DNA of 64,000 bases from an uncultured virus (IMG/VR IMGVR_UViG_2675903599_000007) (Duplodnaviria; Heunggongvirae; Uroviricota; Caudoviricetes). Numbering within the stretch: position 1 is the first letter of the stretch; each line of letters opens with the position of its first letter. Shown here piece after piece: positions 1-9,803 of this stretch. The stretch lies in IMG/VR virus record IMGVR_UViG_2675903599_000007; one strand, written 5' to 3'. A program made the translations under genes and the position numbers. Below the pieces are notes generated by a model. The model saw only the letters and a program-made list of their open reading frames with translations. It made no database searches and had not been told where the DNA came from.

Positions 1-3000
1 ACCCTGATGGCCCGGGAGCAGGGGCGTGACGTCCATATCCTGGCGGCCGATAACCGCTCACGTGATTTTCTCGCCGGTGATGTGCGTCTGGCCGGGGAAA
101 CGGTGACCGGTAAATCCGCCCTGCAGGACGGGACGGCGTTTATTCCGGGCGGAACACTCATCGTGGATCAGGCGGAGAAGCTGAGCCTGAAGGAAACGAT
201 TTCCCTGCTCGATGGCGCGATGCGCCATAACGTGCAGGTCCTGCTCTCAGACAGCGGGAAGCGCAGCGGGACCGGCAGTGCGCTGACGGTGCTGAAGGAC
301 AGCGGCGTGAATACGTATCGCTGGCAGGGCGGCCAACAGACCACAGCCGACATCATCAGTGAACCGGATAAAGGAGCACGCTACAGCCGGCTGGCACAGG
401 AGTTTGCCGTCAGCGTACGTGAAGGGCAGGAAAGCGTGGCCCAAATCAGCGGGACGCGTGAACAGAGCGTACTCAACGGCCTTATCCGTGACTCCCTCAG
501 ACAGGAGGGGGTGCTGGGTGAGAAAGACACGACCATTACAGCCCTGACGCCGGTGTGGCTGGACAGTAAAAGCCGGGGCGTGCGGGATTATTACCGGGAG
601 GGGATGGTGATGGAACGCTGGGATCCGGAGAACCGGACGCACGATCGCTTTGTCATTGACCGGGTGACCGCGAGCAGCAATATGCTGACCCTGAAAGACC
701 GGGATGGGGTCCGTCTGGATCTGAAGGTTTCCGCGGTCGACAGCCAGTGGACGCTGTTCCGGGCAGAGACACTGCCGGTGGCAGAGGGGGAACGTCTGGC
801 GGTGCTCGGGAAGATACCGGACACACGCCTGAAGGGCGGGGAAAGCATCACGGTGATGAAAGTGGAGGAAGGGCAGCTGACGGTACAGCGGCCGGGGCAG
901 AAAACCACGCAGACCCTGGCCGTGGGCGCGGGCGTGTTTGACGGTATTAAAATCGGCCACGGCTGGGTGGAAAGTCCCGGCAGGTCGGTTAGCGAGACGG
1001 CAACGGTCTTTGCGTCGGTGACGCAGCGTGAGCTGGATAACGCCACCCTCAACCAGCTGGCGCAGAGCGGAAGTCATCTCCGGCTGTACTCGGCGCAGGA
1101 TGCGGCGCGTACGACGGAGAAGCTGTCGCGGCATACCGCGTTCAGCGTGGTCTCAGAGCAGCTGAAGTCCCGATCCGGCGAGACGGACCTGGATGCGGCC
1201 ATTGCGCAGCAGAAGGCCGGGCTGCATACCCCGGCAGAACAGGCCATTCACCTGGCCATCCCGCTGCTTGAGAGCCAGGACCTGACCTTCTCCCGGCCCC
1301 AGCTGCTGGCGACGGCAATGGAAACCGGGGGCGGGAAGGTTTCGATGGCGGACATCGACACGACCATCCAGGCACAAATCAGGTCGGGGCAGTTGCTGAA
1401 TGTACCGGTGGCGCACGGCTACGGCAATGACCTGCTGATTTCCCGTCAGACCTGGGACGCCGAAAAAAGCATCCTGACCCACGTGCTGGAAGGTAAAGAC
1501 GCGGTGGCCCCCCTGATGGACCGCGTGCCGGCCAGTCTGATGACGGACCTGACCGCCGGACAGCGGGCGGCGACCCGGATGATTCTGGAAAGCACGGACC
1601 GCTTCACGGTGGTTCAGGGGTATGCCGGGGTGGGGAAAACCACCCAGTTCCGGGCAGTCATGAGTGCCATCAGTCTGCTGCCGGAAGAGACCCGTCCGCG
1701 CGTCATCGGTCTGGCGCCGACGCATCGCGCGGTCGGGGAAATGCAGAGTGCTGGCGTGGATGCGCGCACGACGGCATCGTTCCTCCACGACACGCAGCTG
1801 CTGCAGCGCAATGGCCAGACACCCGATTTCAGCAACACCCTGTTCCTGCTCGACGAGAGCTCAATGGTGGGGCTGGCCGATATGGCAAAAGCCCACTCCC
1901 TCATCGTCGCCGGCGGTGGACGGGCGGTGTCCAGTGGGGATAACGACCAGCTGCAGCCCATCGCGCCGGGCCAGCCGTTCAGGTTGATGCAGCAGCGCAG
2001 CGCCGCCGACGTTGCCATCATGAAAGAGATTGTACGCCAGATGCCTGAGCTGCGACCGGCGGTCTACAGCCTGATTGAGCGGGATGTGCACCGCGCCCTG
2101 ACCACCATCGAGCAGGTCACGCCGGAGCAGGTGCCGAGAAAAGAAGGCGCATGGGCGCCGGGCAGTTCTGTGGTGGAATTCACGCCAAAGCAGGAAAAGG
2201 CGATAGAAAAGGCGCTGAGCGAGGGGAAAACCCTGCCGGAAGGTCAGCCCGCGACGCTCTACGAGGCGCTGGTGAAGGACTATACCGGACGGACCCCGGA
2301 GGCACAGTCGCAGACGCTGGTGATCACCCATCTGAATAAGGACCGGCGGGCGCTGAACAGTCTGATCCATGACGCACGGCGGGAGAACGGGGAAACCGGC
2401 AAAGAGGAAATCACCCTGCCGGTGCTGGTCACGAGTAACATCCGTGACGGTGAACTGCGCAAACTGTCGACCTGGACGGCTCACAAGGAGGCGGTGGCGC
2501 TGGTTGATAACGTATACCACCGTATCAGCAAGGTGGATAAGGATAATCAGCTGATCACCCTGACAGACAGTGAAGGAAAGGAGCGATTTATCTCACCCCG
2601 GGAGGCATCGGCAGAAGGCGTCACGCTCTATCGTCAGGAAAAGATCACCGTGTCTCAGGGGGACCGAATGCGCTTCAGCAAAAGTGACCCGGAGCGCGGC
2701 TATGTGGCCAACAGTATCTGGGAAGTGCAGTCTGTTTCGGGTGACAGTGTCACGCTGTCTGATGGCAAAATCACCCGTACGCTGACCCCGAAGGCGGAGC
2801 AGGCACAGCAGCATATCGACCTCGCCTACGCCATCACCGCCCACGGTGCCCAGGGGGCCAGCGAACCGTATGCCATCGCGCTGGAAGGGGTGGCCGGTGG
2901 TCGGGAACAGATGGCCAGCTTTGAGTCTGCCTATGTGGCTTTATCCCGCATGAAACAGCATGTTCAGGTCTACACCGACAACCGTGAGGGCTGGATAAAG

Positions 3001-3900
3001 GCCATCAAGAATTCACCTGAGAAAGCGACGGCGCACGATATTCTTGAACCCCGTAACGACCGGGCGGTGAAAACAGCCGATCTGCTGTTCGGGCGGGCAA
3101 GGCCACTGGATGAAACCGCCGCGGGCCGGGCAGCCCTGCAGCAGTCCGGTCTGGCACAGGGAAGTTCACCAGGAAAATTCATTTCTCCGGGGAAAAAGTA
3201 CCCTCAGCCGCATGTGGCGCTGCCGGCATTTGATAAAAACGGGAAAGCCGCCGGTATCTGGCTCAGCCCGCTGACCGATCGGGACGGACGGCTGGAGGCT
3301 ATCGGCGGAGAGGGACGAATTATGGGCAATGAAGACGCCCGGTTCGTGGCGCTGCAGAACAGCCGCAACGGAGAAAGCCTGCTGGCCGGGAATATGGGGG
3401 AAGGCGTCAGAATGGCCCGCGACAATCCCGATACGGGGGTGGTGGTGCGGCTGGCCGGTGATGACCGCCCCTGGAACCCCGGGGCCATGACCGGTGGGCG
3501 GGTATGGGCTGAACCGGCGCCGGTGGCTCCGGTACCGCAGGCCGGGGCTGACATTATCCTCCCGCCAGAGGTACTGGCACAGCGGGCGGCAGAAGAACAG
3601 CAGCGCCGGGAAATGGAAAAAAAGGCGGAACAGACTGCCCGGGAAATGGCCGGGGAGGCGCGTAAAGCCGGCGAGCCGGCGGACCGGGTGAAAGAGGTTA
3701 TCGGGGACGTCATTCGCGGACTGGAGCGTGACCGGCCGGGTACGGAGAAAACGACGCTACCGGATGATCCTCAGTTCCGGCGCCAGGAGGAGGCGATTCA
3801 ACAGGTGGCCTCAGAACGTCTGCAGCGTGAGCGTCTGCAGGCTGTGGAGCGGGACATGGTTCGTGACCTTAACCGCGAGAAAACCCTCGGGGGCGACTGA
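1..3900 (+). CDS. traI: Conjugative relaxase/helicase TraI (F-type), 5'-truncated by window edge
   Basis: SF1 helicase motifs QGYAGVGKTT, LLDESSMV, YAITAHGAQG, YVALSR; C-terminus REKTLGGD typical of F TraI; followed by traX-finO. Confidence 0.96.
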   Translation, partial: TLMAREQGRDVHILAADNRSRDFLAGDVRLAGETVTGKSALQDGTAFIPGGTLIVDQAEKLSLKETISLLDGAMRHNVQVLLSDSGKRSGTGSALTVLKDSGVNTYRWQGGQQTTADIISEPDKGARYSRLAQEFAVSVREGQESVAQISGTREQSVLNGLIRDSLRQEGVLGEKDTTITALTPVWLDSKSRGVRDYYREGMVMERWDPENRTHDRFVIDRVTASSNMLTLKDRDGVRLDLKVSAVDSQWTLFRAETLPVAEGERLAVLGKIPDTRLKGGESITVMKVEEGQLTVQRPGQKTTQTLAVGAGVFDGIKIGHGWVESPGRSVSETATVFASVTQRELDNATLNQLAQSGSHLRLYSAQDAARTTEKLSRHTAFSVVSEQLKSRSGETDLDAAIAQQKAGLHTPAEQAIHLAIPLLESQDLTFSRPQLLATAMETGGGKVSMADIDTTIQAQIRSGQLLNVPVAHGYGNDLLISRQTWDAEKSILTHVLEGKDAVAPLMDRVPASLMTDLTAGQRAATRMILESTDRFTVVQGYAGVGKTTQFRAVMSAISLLPEETRPRVIGLAPTHRAVGEMQSAGVDARTTASFLHDTQLLQRNGQTPDFSNTLFLLDESSMVGLADMAKAHSLIVAGGGRAVSSGDNDQLQPIAPGQPFRLMQQRSAADVAIMKEIVRQMPELRPAVYSLIERDVHRALTTIEQVTPEQVPRKEGAWAPGSSVVEFTPKQEKAIEKALSEGKTLPEGQPATLYEALVKDYTGRTPEAQSQTLVITHLNKDRRALNSLIHDARRENGETGKEEITLPVLVTSNIRDGELRKLSTWTAHKEAVALVDNVYHRISKVDKDNQLITLTDSEGKERFISPREASAEGVTLYRQEKITVSQGDRMRFSKSDPERGYVANSIWEVQSVSGDSVTLSDGKITRTLTPKAEQAQQHIDLAYAITAHGAQGASEPYAIALEGVAGGREQMASFESAYVALSRMKQHVQVYTDNREGWIKAIKNSPEKATAHDILEPRNDRAVKTADLLFGRARPLDETAAGRAALQQSGLAQGSSPGKFISPGKKYPQPHVALPAFDKNGKAAGIWLSPLTDRDGRLEAIGGEGRIMGNEDARFVALQNSRNGESLLAGNMGEGVRMARDNPDTGVVVRLAGDDRPWNPGAMTGGRVWAEPAPVAPVPQAGADIILPPEVLAQRAAEEQQRREMEKKAEQTAREMAGEARKAGEPADRVKEVIGDVIRGLERDRPGTEKTTLPDDPQFRRQEEAIQQVASERLQRERLQAVERDMVRDLNREKTLGGD

Positions 3901-3979
3901 CGCGCCTGCGGCTTGTCTGCTCCGGCAGCCTCCCCGATTAAAATCGGGCAGTCTGCCGGAGCGCTAAAAGGAAAAAAAC

Positions 3980-4705
3980 ATGAGAGCACAACACACATTT
4001 CCAGGTGCGACAGACCGCTGGCTTCATCGCCTGCTGACCTGGGCACCGGGACAAACGGATATGATTAAAACGGTCGCACTGGTACTGATGGTGACTGACC
4101 ACACCGGCTTACTGCTGGCCGGAAACAATGAAGTGATGCGCCTGCTGGGACGGGGCTGTTTTCCGCTGTTCGGTCTGGCATGGGGAATGAATCTGGCCCG
4201 GCACGCGGAAATACGCCAGTCGCAGCTGAACAGCCTGTGGGGCTGGGCGCTGGTCGCCCAGGTGTCGTTTATGCTCATCGGGTACCCGTGGTATTCCGGG
4301 AATATTCTGTTTGCCTTTGCCGTCACGGGCCAGGTCCTGCGGTGGGTCAGCCAGCCGTCCTGGTATTACACCCTCCCGGCGGCTGGACTGCTGGTCGCCT
4401 GGATACCCCTGTCAACCGCCAGCTACGGCATGGCCGGAGTGGGCATGCTCACCGCCAGCTGGCTGCTTTGTCGCGCACAGCATGCACAGGAACGGCTGGG
4501 ATACGGGGTGCTGTGGGCCCTCATGGTGTTGCTGATGAATATGCATGACGTGAGTGAATCAGTGGCCGGGCTGGCGATTGCGCTGCTGACGCTGATGGTG
4601 TGCTCATCTGCCGGAGAACGTGTGAAACGCTTCTGGCCGCGGCAGTTCTTCGTGATGTTCTATGCGGTGCACCTGGCGGTACTCGGTATTGTCGTCTCGA
4701 TGTAA
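3980..4705 (+). CDS. traX: Pilin acetylase TraX
   Basis: Polytopic membrane protein with DxIKxxALVLMxxDH and GRxCFPLF motifs; lies between traI and finO. Confidence 0.92.
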   Translation: MRAQHTFPGATDRWLHRLLTWAPGQTDMIKTVALVLMVTDHTGLLLAGNNEVMRLLGRGCFPLFGLAWGMNLARHAEIRQSQLNSLWGWALVAQVSFMLIGYPWYSGNILFAFAVTGQVLRWVSQPSWYYTLPAAGLLVAWIPLSTASYGMAGVGMLTASWLLCRAQHAQERLGYGVLWALMVLLMNMHDVSESVAGLAIALLTLMVCSSAGERVKRFWPRQFFVMFYAVHLAVLGIVVSM

Positions 4706-4862
4706 AAAAAAAACCGGACACAGGTCCGGGGGGCGGGCACATTGCCCGTAAACGTGACAAAGGGGACATCATCGTTGTGTCCACTGCATTGCGAGGTGAA
4801 ACGATGATACCGTTAGCGTATCGTATAGCACAGACCTGTAGCTTTTATTGATATGGCCCCTT

Positions 4863-5459
4863 ATGAGTGAAGAAAAACGCCCTGTACTGAGCCTGAAACG
4901 AAAACCGGCGGAGAACAGTACGGCCCCCGCAGAGGCAACCCCTGCTCCTGGTGTGGTGCGCCGAAAGAAGGTCGTGGTGGTCTCGTCCCCGCCGGCCTGG
5001 AAGGCAAAAAAAGAGAAACTTGAGAAGGTTAAACAAGCGGCCGAAGCCGCCGCGCGCAACGCTGCGCCGGTGCCGGTTAAAGCGGTAAAGACGCCACCTC
5101 CGGTGCGTTATCTTCGCCTGCTGCCGCCGGAACAGGCCATTATGACGCTGAAGGCATTCTGGCCACAGCTGTTCGACGGAAACTCACCCCGTCTGCTGGC
5201 AACGGGCATGCGCGAACAGCTGTTTGCCGACATTGTGAACCGTGACCTGCCGCTGTCGCATAAACAGGTGATTAAGTGCCTGAAGAGTCTGACCCGGTCT
5301 GCGGGCTATCTGTCCCGGATGAAGGAGGGAGCCGCCCGCTATGATCTGCAGGGGAACGCCGTCGCGACCGTCACTGCAGGGGAAGCGCAGTACGCCAGCG
5401 AGCGCATGATGAAAGAACTCCTGCGAACTGAGCGTATGCGGAGCCAGTCAGCTGGCTGA
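4863..5459 (+). CDS. finO: Fertility inhibition RNA chaperone FinO
   Basis: N-terminal MSEEKRPVLSLKRK; ProQ/FinO domain (FWPQLF...YL...RYDLQG); last gene of tra region. Confidence 0.93.
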   Translation: MSEEKRPVLSLKRKPAENSTAPAEATPAPGVVRRKKVVVVSSPPAWKAKKEKLEKVKQAAEAAARNAAPVPVKAVKTPPPVRYLRLLPPEQAIMTLKAFWPQLFDGNSPRLLATGMREQLFADIVNRDLPLSHKQVIKCLKSLTRSAGYLSRMKEGAARYDLQGNAVATVTAGEAQYASERMMKELLRTERMRSQSAG

Positions 5460-5478
5460 ATACAATCGAGGAGAGGAA

Positions 5479-5826
5479 ATGGATTTTGAAGCGCGGAAAC
5501 AAAAGGCGCTGGCGATAATGGCCAGCTGTAAGATGTGGAAAAGCAATTATGCACCGCTTCTGATACGACTGTTGTGGCGGCTGGGGATAAACATTCCCCC
5601 GCTGCCGTTTGCTCCGTTCTGGCAGGTTTTTGGCGTGATGGCAGGCTCTTTCTCCGTCGGATACGGACTGTGGATGTACTGGATGGTGTGGCGGGCCCAG
5701 GGGATGCCACCCCTGTTCGCTTGCAAAATCAGTCTTATTGCGGGCGTGTTATTTGGCCTGACGATGGCACTGTTTCATCTGTGGCGCCGAAAGGTGAATA
5801 AATTACCTGACTGGAAAGATTTATAA
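5479..5826 (+). CDS. Small membrane protein (DUF6404-like)
   Basis: GGAG RBS; NYAP..RLLWRLG..IPP motif, two hydrophobic segments, KLPDWKDL end. Confidence 0.7.
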   Translation: MDFEARKQKALAIMASCKMWKSNYAPLLIRLLWRLGINIPPLPFAPFWQVFGVMAGSFSVGYGLWMYWMVWRAQGMPPLFACKISLIAGVLFGLTMALFHLWRRKVNKLPDWKDL

Positions 5827-5897
5827 CGGAATCAGAAGAACGCCGGAAACAGGACTTACCCTGGCTGAATGGCATGAATTTCCGCGCTATGCACTTG

Positions 5898-6030
5898 CGT
5901 GCATACTCATGCATGCCGTAAAAACAGCCCCTGCGCGTTTCTGGCGGGTTTTCGGTGTTTTGCCAGTTTCCCGTCAGAAACGCCCTGAGGCCGTTCTGGC
6001 GGTGCTTACAATTAAGGGATTATGGTAAAG
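5898..6030 (+). promoter_or_regulatory. cer-like XerCD recombination site (core 6001-6030) with upstream ArgR-box-like accessory sequence (5898-5915)
   Basis: GGTGCTTACAA-TTAAGGGA-TTATGGTAAAG differs at two positions from ColE1 cer core GGTGCGTACAA-TTAAGGGA-TTATGGTAAAT; palindrome cgTGCATactcATGCAtg about 85 bp upstream. Confidence 0.85.
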
Positions 6031-6040
6031 GGTGACTTGG

Positions 6041-6586
6041 TTAATCATAAATATCCTGGGGGATGGCATACACCAGCTGGATATCCGGTGCATCGTTGAG
6101 CCATCGACCTGATTTTTTCATCAGGTAGCCACCAATTTCTTCGGTAGTCAGCCGAGCATGAAACAATGCTTCATCATTGAACCAGCAGTCAGGGTGATAG
6201 ATGAGATCCAGTGGGTTTGCCCTGAAATTAATCTCCAGTAACTGGAGTACATAGCTGTGGTCAGATGCACTACCTTCTGCTTTGCGTATGAAGTTGATAA
6301 CGTCGTTCAGTTCTGTCCATGTAAAGTCATCAAGGTATTTTTCCTGATTAAGCGCCATCCTGGTGAAATCTAGTGCACTTGTCCAGGATGAAAAATCACG
6401 AAAATCAGAGAACCCGCAGGGTATGACGACCTGTGCATTCCAGTCTGCCATCATCTGTTTTAGTTCTTCATTGTTTTCGTCCATCCCGTTATCGATGTGA
6501 TCGAGAATGCCATTCAGCTGACTGACCAGTTCTTTCATCTGTTTACGGGTGACCCGTGCGGGTTTCATTCGCTCAGGTAATGGCAT
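6041..6586 (-). CDS. Hypothetical acidic protein, possibly bacteriocin-immunity-like
   Basis: 181-aa ORF divergent from the bacteriocin gene; contains DLIYHP, resembling DLIYYP of colicin DNase immunity proteins. Confidence 0.6.
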   Translation of the reverse strand: MPLPERMKPARVTRKQMKELVSQLNGILDHIDNGMDENNEELKQMMADWNAQVVIPCGFSDFRDFSSWTSALDFTRMALNQEKYLDDFTWTELNDVINFIRKAEGSASDHSYVLQLLEINFRANPLDLIYHPDCWFNDEALFHARLTTEEIGGYLMKKSGRWLNDAPDIQLVYAIPQDIYD

Positions 6587-6762
6587 CAGAAATACTCTCT
6601 TTTTTATCGTGCACTCGGGGGAACTAAGTAATCTATCGGGCTATGAATCAGAGCTCAAATCGTTTTTTTTCTTTCTGATGATCCGCATTCTGCCTCGGGT
6701 CCACCTCTGCTGTTATTTTTAAGTGAATGAAAATAAATAAAAATATTGTTAACCACGACATA

Positions 6763-6829
6763 TTGACAGAGCTGGTATATCAAGAGCAGCATCAAAATAC
6801 TGTATATAAATACATGCTTTTATATGCAG
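6763..6829 (+). promoter_or_regulatory. Bacteriocin promoter with TTGACA -35 and two overlapping LexA boxes
   Basis: TTGACA 6763-6768; CTGTATATAAATACAT 6800-6815 overlapping ATGCTTTTATATGCAG 6814-6829, the usual colicin arrangement. Confidence 0.75.
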
Positions 6830-6942
6830 TAACTGGCGTGGCAGAGAACTAATAACAGCCTCCGGATAGCTGTCCTGAAGCAATAAACCGCACGCCGTAT
6901 TTCAGAAAATTGGAAAACAAAAAAAACAAAAGAAGGAAATGT

Positions 6943-9264
6943 GTGATTGGTGGATTTAACTATAACGGTGAGGGTGCTACGAGCTCAGGCCTTAGCTCTC
7001 CTTCTGCCAGTGATGTGGCTAATCAGTTTAATAGTTTTGGTGGGACGCAAATCCGGGCATCAGATGTCTCGAATATTCGCAGTGATGGTAATGGTGGGTA
7101 TATGGCGGATATTCGGGGGCAGATTCACACTGTGTCCTCTGAGGAAGGCTCAACAACTGTCAGTGGCTTCGATGGTGTCCGCAGTTCTTCTACCGGTAAT
7201 GGCGGAAGTCAGGGTGGGCAGGGGCCACAGGGACAGTCTCTTGTTATGCATAACGGGCAGATGGGATACTGGGAAAACCGATCATCCGGGGCTGGTAATA
7301 ACGAACATACTACCCGCGCTTTTGTGGCTGTAGGTCCATCAGAAGCAGAAAAAGCTGCACGAGCGGAGAAGGTAGCTAAGGAAAAACAGCAAGCAGAAGA
7401 GGCTGCAAAAGCATTCGCAGCGAAAACAGCAGCGGCATCCGCCGCTGCTGAAAAAGAACGTCAGAATGCGATTTCTGCTGCGGCTGCTGCAGGTCAACAT
7501 CAAACTGTTCCTGATGCGCGTAATAATCTGAATCAGGCGACTGCTGAAGCATCACGCCTGAAAACAGTGGCAGATAATGCCCTTAATACAGCGAAGAATA
7601 AGCGAAAGGAAGCTATCGATGCCGTACCAGTAGCAACTCAGGCTGAGAAAAAATATCAGGATCTGCAGCAAAGCATTAAAGGCCTCACTCTAAATAATAA
7701 CGGCCAATACGGTACCCAAAAATGGGAGGTTATCAGTTCGAATAAAGAGCATGACCACTGGGGATACCGGTTCTATCCATCTGGGATCACAAAAGCTCAG
7801 GTTGATGCAGCGCAGAATGATGCGGTGAACAAACGAAATGCTGCTACCAGTCTTGCCAGTCAGGCAACGGCCGCTGAGCAGGCCAGTCTGCAGGCATCAG
7901 CTGCCTATAATGCTGCAGAAACGCGCCGTCAGGCTGCCCAGGCTGCATTAGCGTCCGCAGAACAAGCCGCCGCTGCTGAACGTAAACGCCAGGAGGCGGA
8001 AGCAGCAGCCGCCGCTGCGGCAGAAAAAAAACGACAGGCTGATGCAGCAGCGAAAGCCGCTGAGGAGGCCAGAGCCATTGCTGAAAAAGCAAAAGCGCTG
8101 CAGGCCCGTTGTACAGCCGCAGATAAACTGAAATCTTCAGAGATTCAGGCTGTCAGGGGTATCCCGGCTACAGCGGCACCTTTTGCTATTCCTCTGACCT
8201 GGTCAACTGCGTCACGTGGAGGTTTTACTCTGTCGGCTGATGCTGCGGCCAGCCTGGGAGCTTTCATCAGCGAGGCTCTGGCGACGTTAAGTGTCGCTGT
8301 GGTGGCTAACCCAGTAGCATTAACCATTGCCGGTCTTGTGTTATCGAAATCAGTTGGCGTCGGTAGTGATATGGTGCCCGGTCGGGATATCAGTTCGATG
8401 ATGCCTGGCGATGCGTTTGGTCTGCCTGATACCGCGGCATTGAATAAAGCAGCAGATCAGAAAACATCTGTCAGTATGCCGGTTCGTGGCCGTCTGGTTA
8501 TGAATGATAGCGGCATTCTGGATGTTCAGCTGGTCAAAACCAATACTGCCGGTGCCGTGAAGGTCGCTCGTGCTGTACTGGATAAGGAAACCGGCTACTG
8601 GGGCTATACTCTTCCCGCTGTCGCAGATGTACCGGCGCAAACTATTTTTGTCAGCCCGGCTGACGCACTTGGTGCAAATGGACCACTGACGCTAAGCGGG
8701 CCGGTACCACTACCGGAGCGTATTCTGCATACCGGTGATCAGATTTCGGCGCCACAGGCTACAGATAAAACCGTGACGCCGGTAGCGGATGACCTCGATT
8801 TTGACGATATTATTCTGGTGTTTCCACCGGAGTCCGGCCTAAAACCGCTGTATGTGATGTACCGTAGCCCTCGTAACATGCCCGGTACAGTAAGCGGCAA
8901 AGGGCAGAACGTTGGCAATAACTGGATGGGGGGGGCCAGTACCGGGGATGGTGCTCCTGTTCCTTCCCAGATTGCGGATAAATTACGCGGGAAGACTTTC
9001 GGTAGTTTTGATTCTTCCCGTCGGGCGTTCTGGAAAGCGGTTGCTGACGATTCTGCACTAAGCAAGCAATTTAGTGAAGCTGATATTAATCAGATGAAAG
9101 CTGGAAGGGCACCTACTGCGGACTTTTTAGAATCAGTAGGGAAACGTGTTAAAATTGAATTACACCACGAAAAAGAAATATCTCAAGGAGGGGCTGTTAT
9201 GGATGTCGATAACATTAAGGCGCTAACACCTAAAAATCATATTGAGACACATAAAGGAAAATAA
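6943..9264 (+). CDS. Nuclease bacteriocin (klebicin B-like): Gly-rich N-terminus, Ala-rich coiled coil, S-pyocin domain, HNH DNase
   Basis: LKPLYVMY..PRNMPGTVSGKG and ELHHEKEISQGG..DVDN...TPKNHIETH colicin E DNase motifs; GTG 6943 with AAGGA RBS (ORF open from 6910). Confidence 0.92.
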   Translation: MIGGFNYNGEGATSSGLSSPSASDVANQFNSFGGTQIRASDVSNIRSDGNGGYMADIRGQIHTVSSEEGSTTVSGFDGVRSSSTGNGGSQGGQGPQGQSLVMHNGQMGYWENRSSGAGNNEHTTRAFVAVGPSEAEKAARAEKVAKEKQQAEEAAKAFAAKTAAASAAAEKERQNAISAAAAAGQHQTVPDARNNLNQATAEASRLKTVADNALNTAKNKRKEAIDAVPVATQAEKKYQDLQQSIKGLTLNNNGQYGTQKWEVISSNKEHDHWGYRFYPSGITKAQVDAAQNDAVNKRNAATSLASQATAAEQASLQASAAYNAAETRRQAAQAALASAEQAAAAERKRQEAEAAAAAAAEKKRQADAAAKAAEEARAIAEKAKALQARCTAADKLKSSEIQAVRGIPATAAPFAIPLTWSTASRGGFTLSADAAASLGAFISEALATLSVAVVANPVALTIAGLVLSKSVGVGSDMVPGRDISSMMPGDAFGLPDTAALNKAADQKTSVSMPVRGRLVMNDSGILDVQLVKTNTAGAVKVARAVLDKETGYWGYTLPAVADVPAQTIFVSPADALGANGPLTLSGPVPLPERILHTGDQISAPQATDKTVTPVADDLDFDDIILVFPPESGLKPLYVMYRSPRNMPGTVSGKGQNVGNNWMGGASTGDGAPVPSQIADKLRGKTFGSFDSSRRAFWKAVADDSALSKQFSEADINQMKAGRAPTADFLESVGKRVKIELHHEKEISQGGAVMDVDNIKALTPKNHIETHKGK

Positions 9265-9265
9265 A

Positions 9266-9544
9266 ATGGCTGGTAATAAAATTTCAGATTTTACGGAAGA
9301 AGAATTTACTGCTTTTGTTAGTAAAATAATCGCTGCTGATTTTCCAACTGACAAAGAGAACGATGATGCTATTTATTCGTTCGCCCAACTAACAGAGCAT
9401 CCTGCTGGTTGGAACCTCATCTTCAAGCCTAAGGTAGGCGAAGATTCTTCGGCGAAAGGAATTGTTAAAACCGTAAAGGAATGGCGAGCTGCTAACGGTA
9501 AGCCAGGTTTTAAAAATCGTGATTGGATGTGCGGGTTCAGGTGA
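9266..9544 (+). CDS. DNase bacteriocin immunity protein (Im family)
   Basis: KISDFTEEEF...TEHPAG..LI...IVKTVKEWRAANGKPGFK; starts right after the toxin stop. Confidence 0.92.
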   Translation: MAGNKISDFTEEEFTAFVSKIIAADFPTDKENDDAIYSFAQLTEHPAGWNLIFKPKVGEDSSAKGIVKTVKEWRAANGKPGFKNRDWMCGFR

Positions 9545-9803
9545 TGAATCCGCACATTTTTAACTCTGGATTTGAAGAATAATTACTAGATATCCATTAT
9601 TTTTTCCTGTCTCCAAACTGACCCCATGATGGATGGTTTCTGGGCTCTGTCCACGATACCGGCGACGGACCCGTCTGCTACTGGTTTCGGCATACCACAA
9701 AATCCTGACGCCTCCGCATGGCGTCGTTGTCCAACCCCGGGAACGGGGAAAAGCCAGTTTCCCCCGCTCCCGGCGTTTCTTAAACACCCGTTAAGGAAAT
9801 ACT

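Noticed and set aside
168..3713. Many antisense or overlapping ORFs inside traI, and similar ones in umuC, gene A and phage structural genes
   Set aside because: Shadow frames of GC-rich coding sequence with no recognisable motifs.
7340..8110. Ala/Glu/Lys-rich repeats suggesting TolA or a tape-measure protein
   Set aside because: This is the coiled-coil region of the bacteriocin, in frame with the pyocin and HNH domains.
9545..9800. Second Xer site or lysis gene closing the bacteriocin module
   Set aside because: No convincing XerC/XerD arms or lipobox ORF found by eye.
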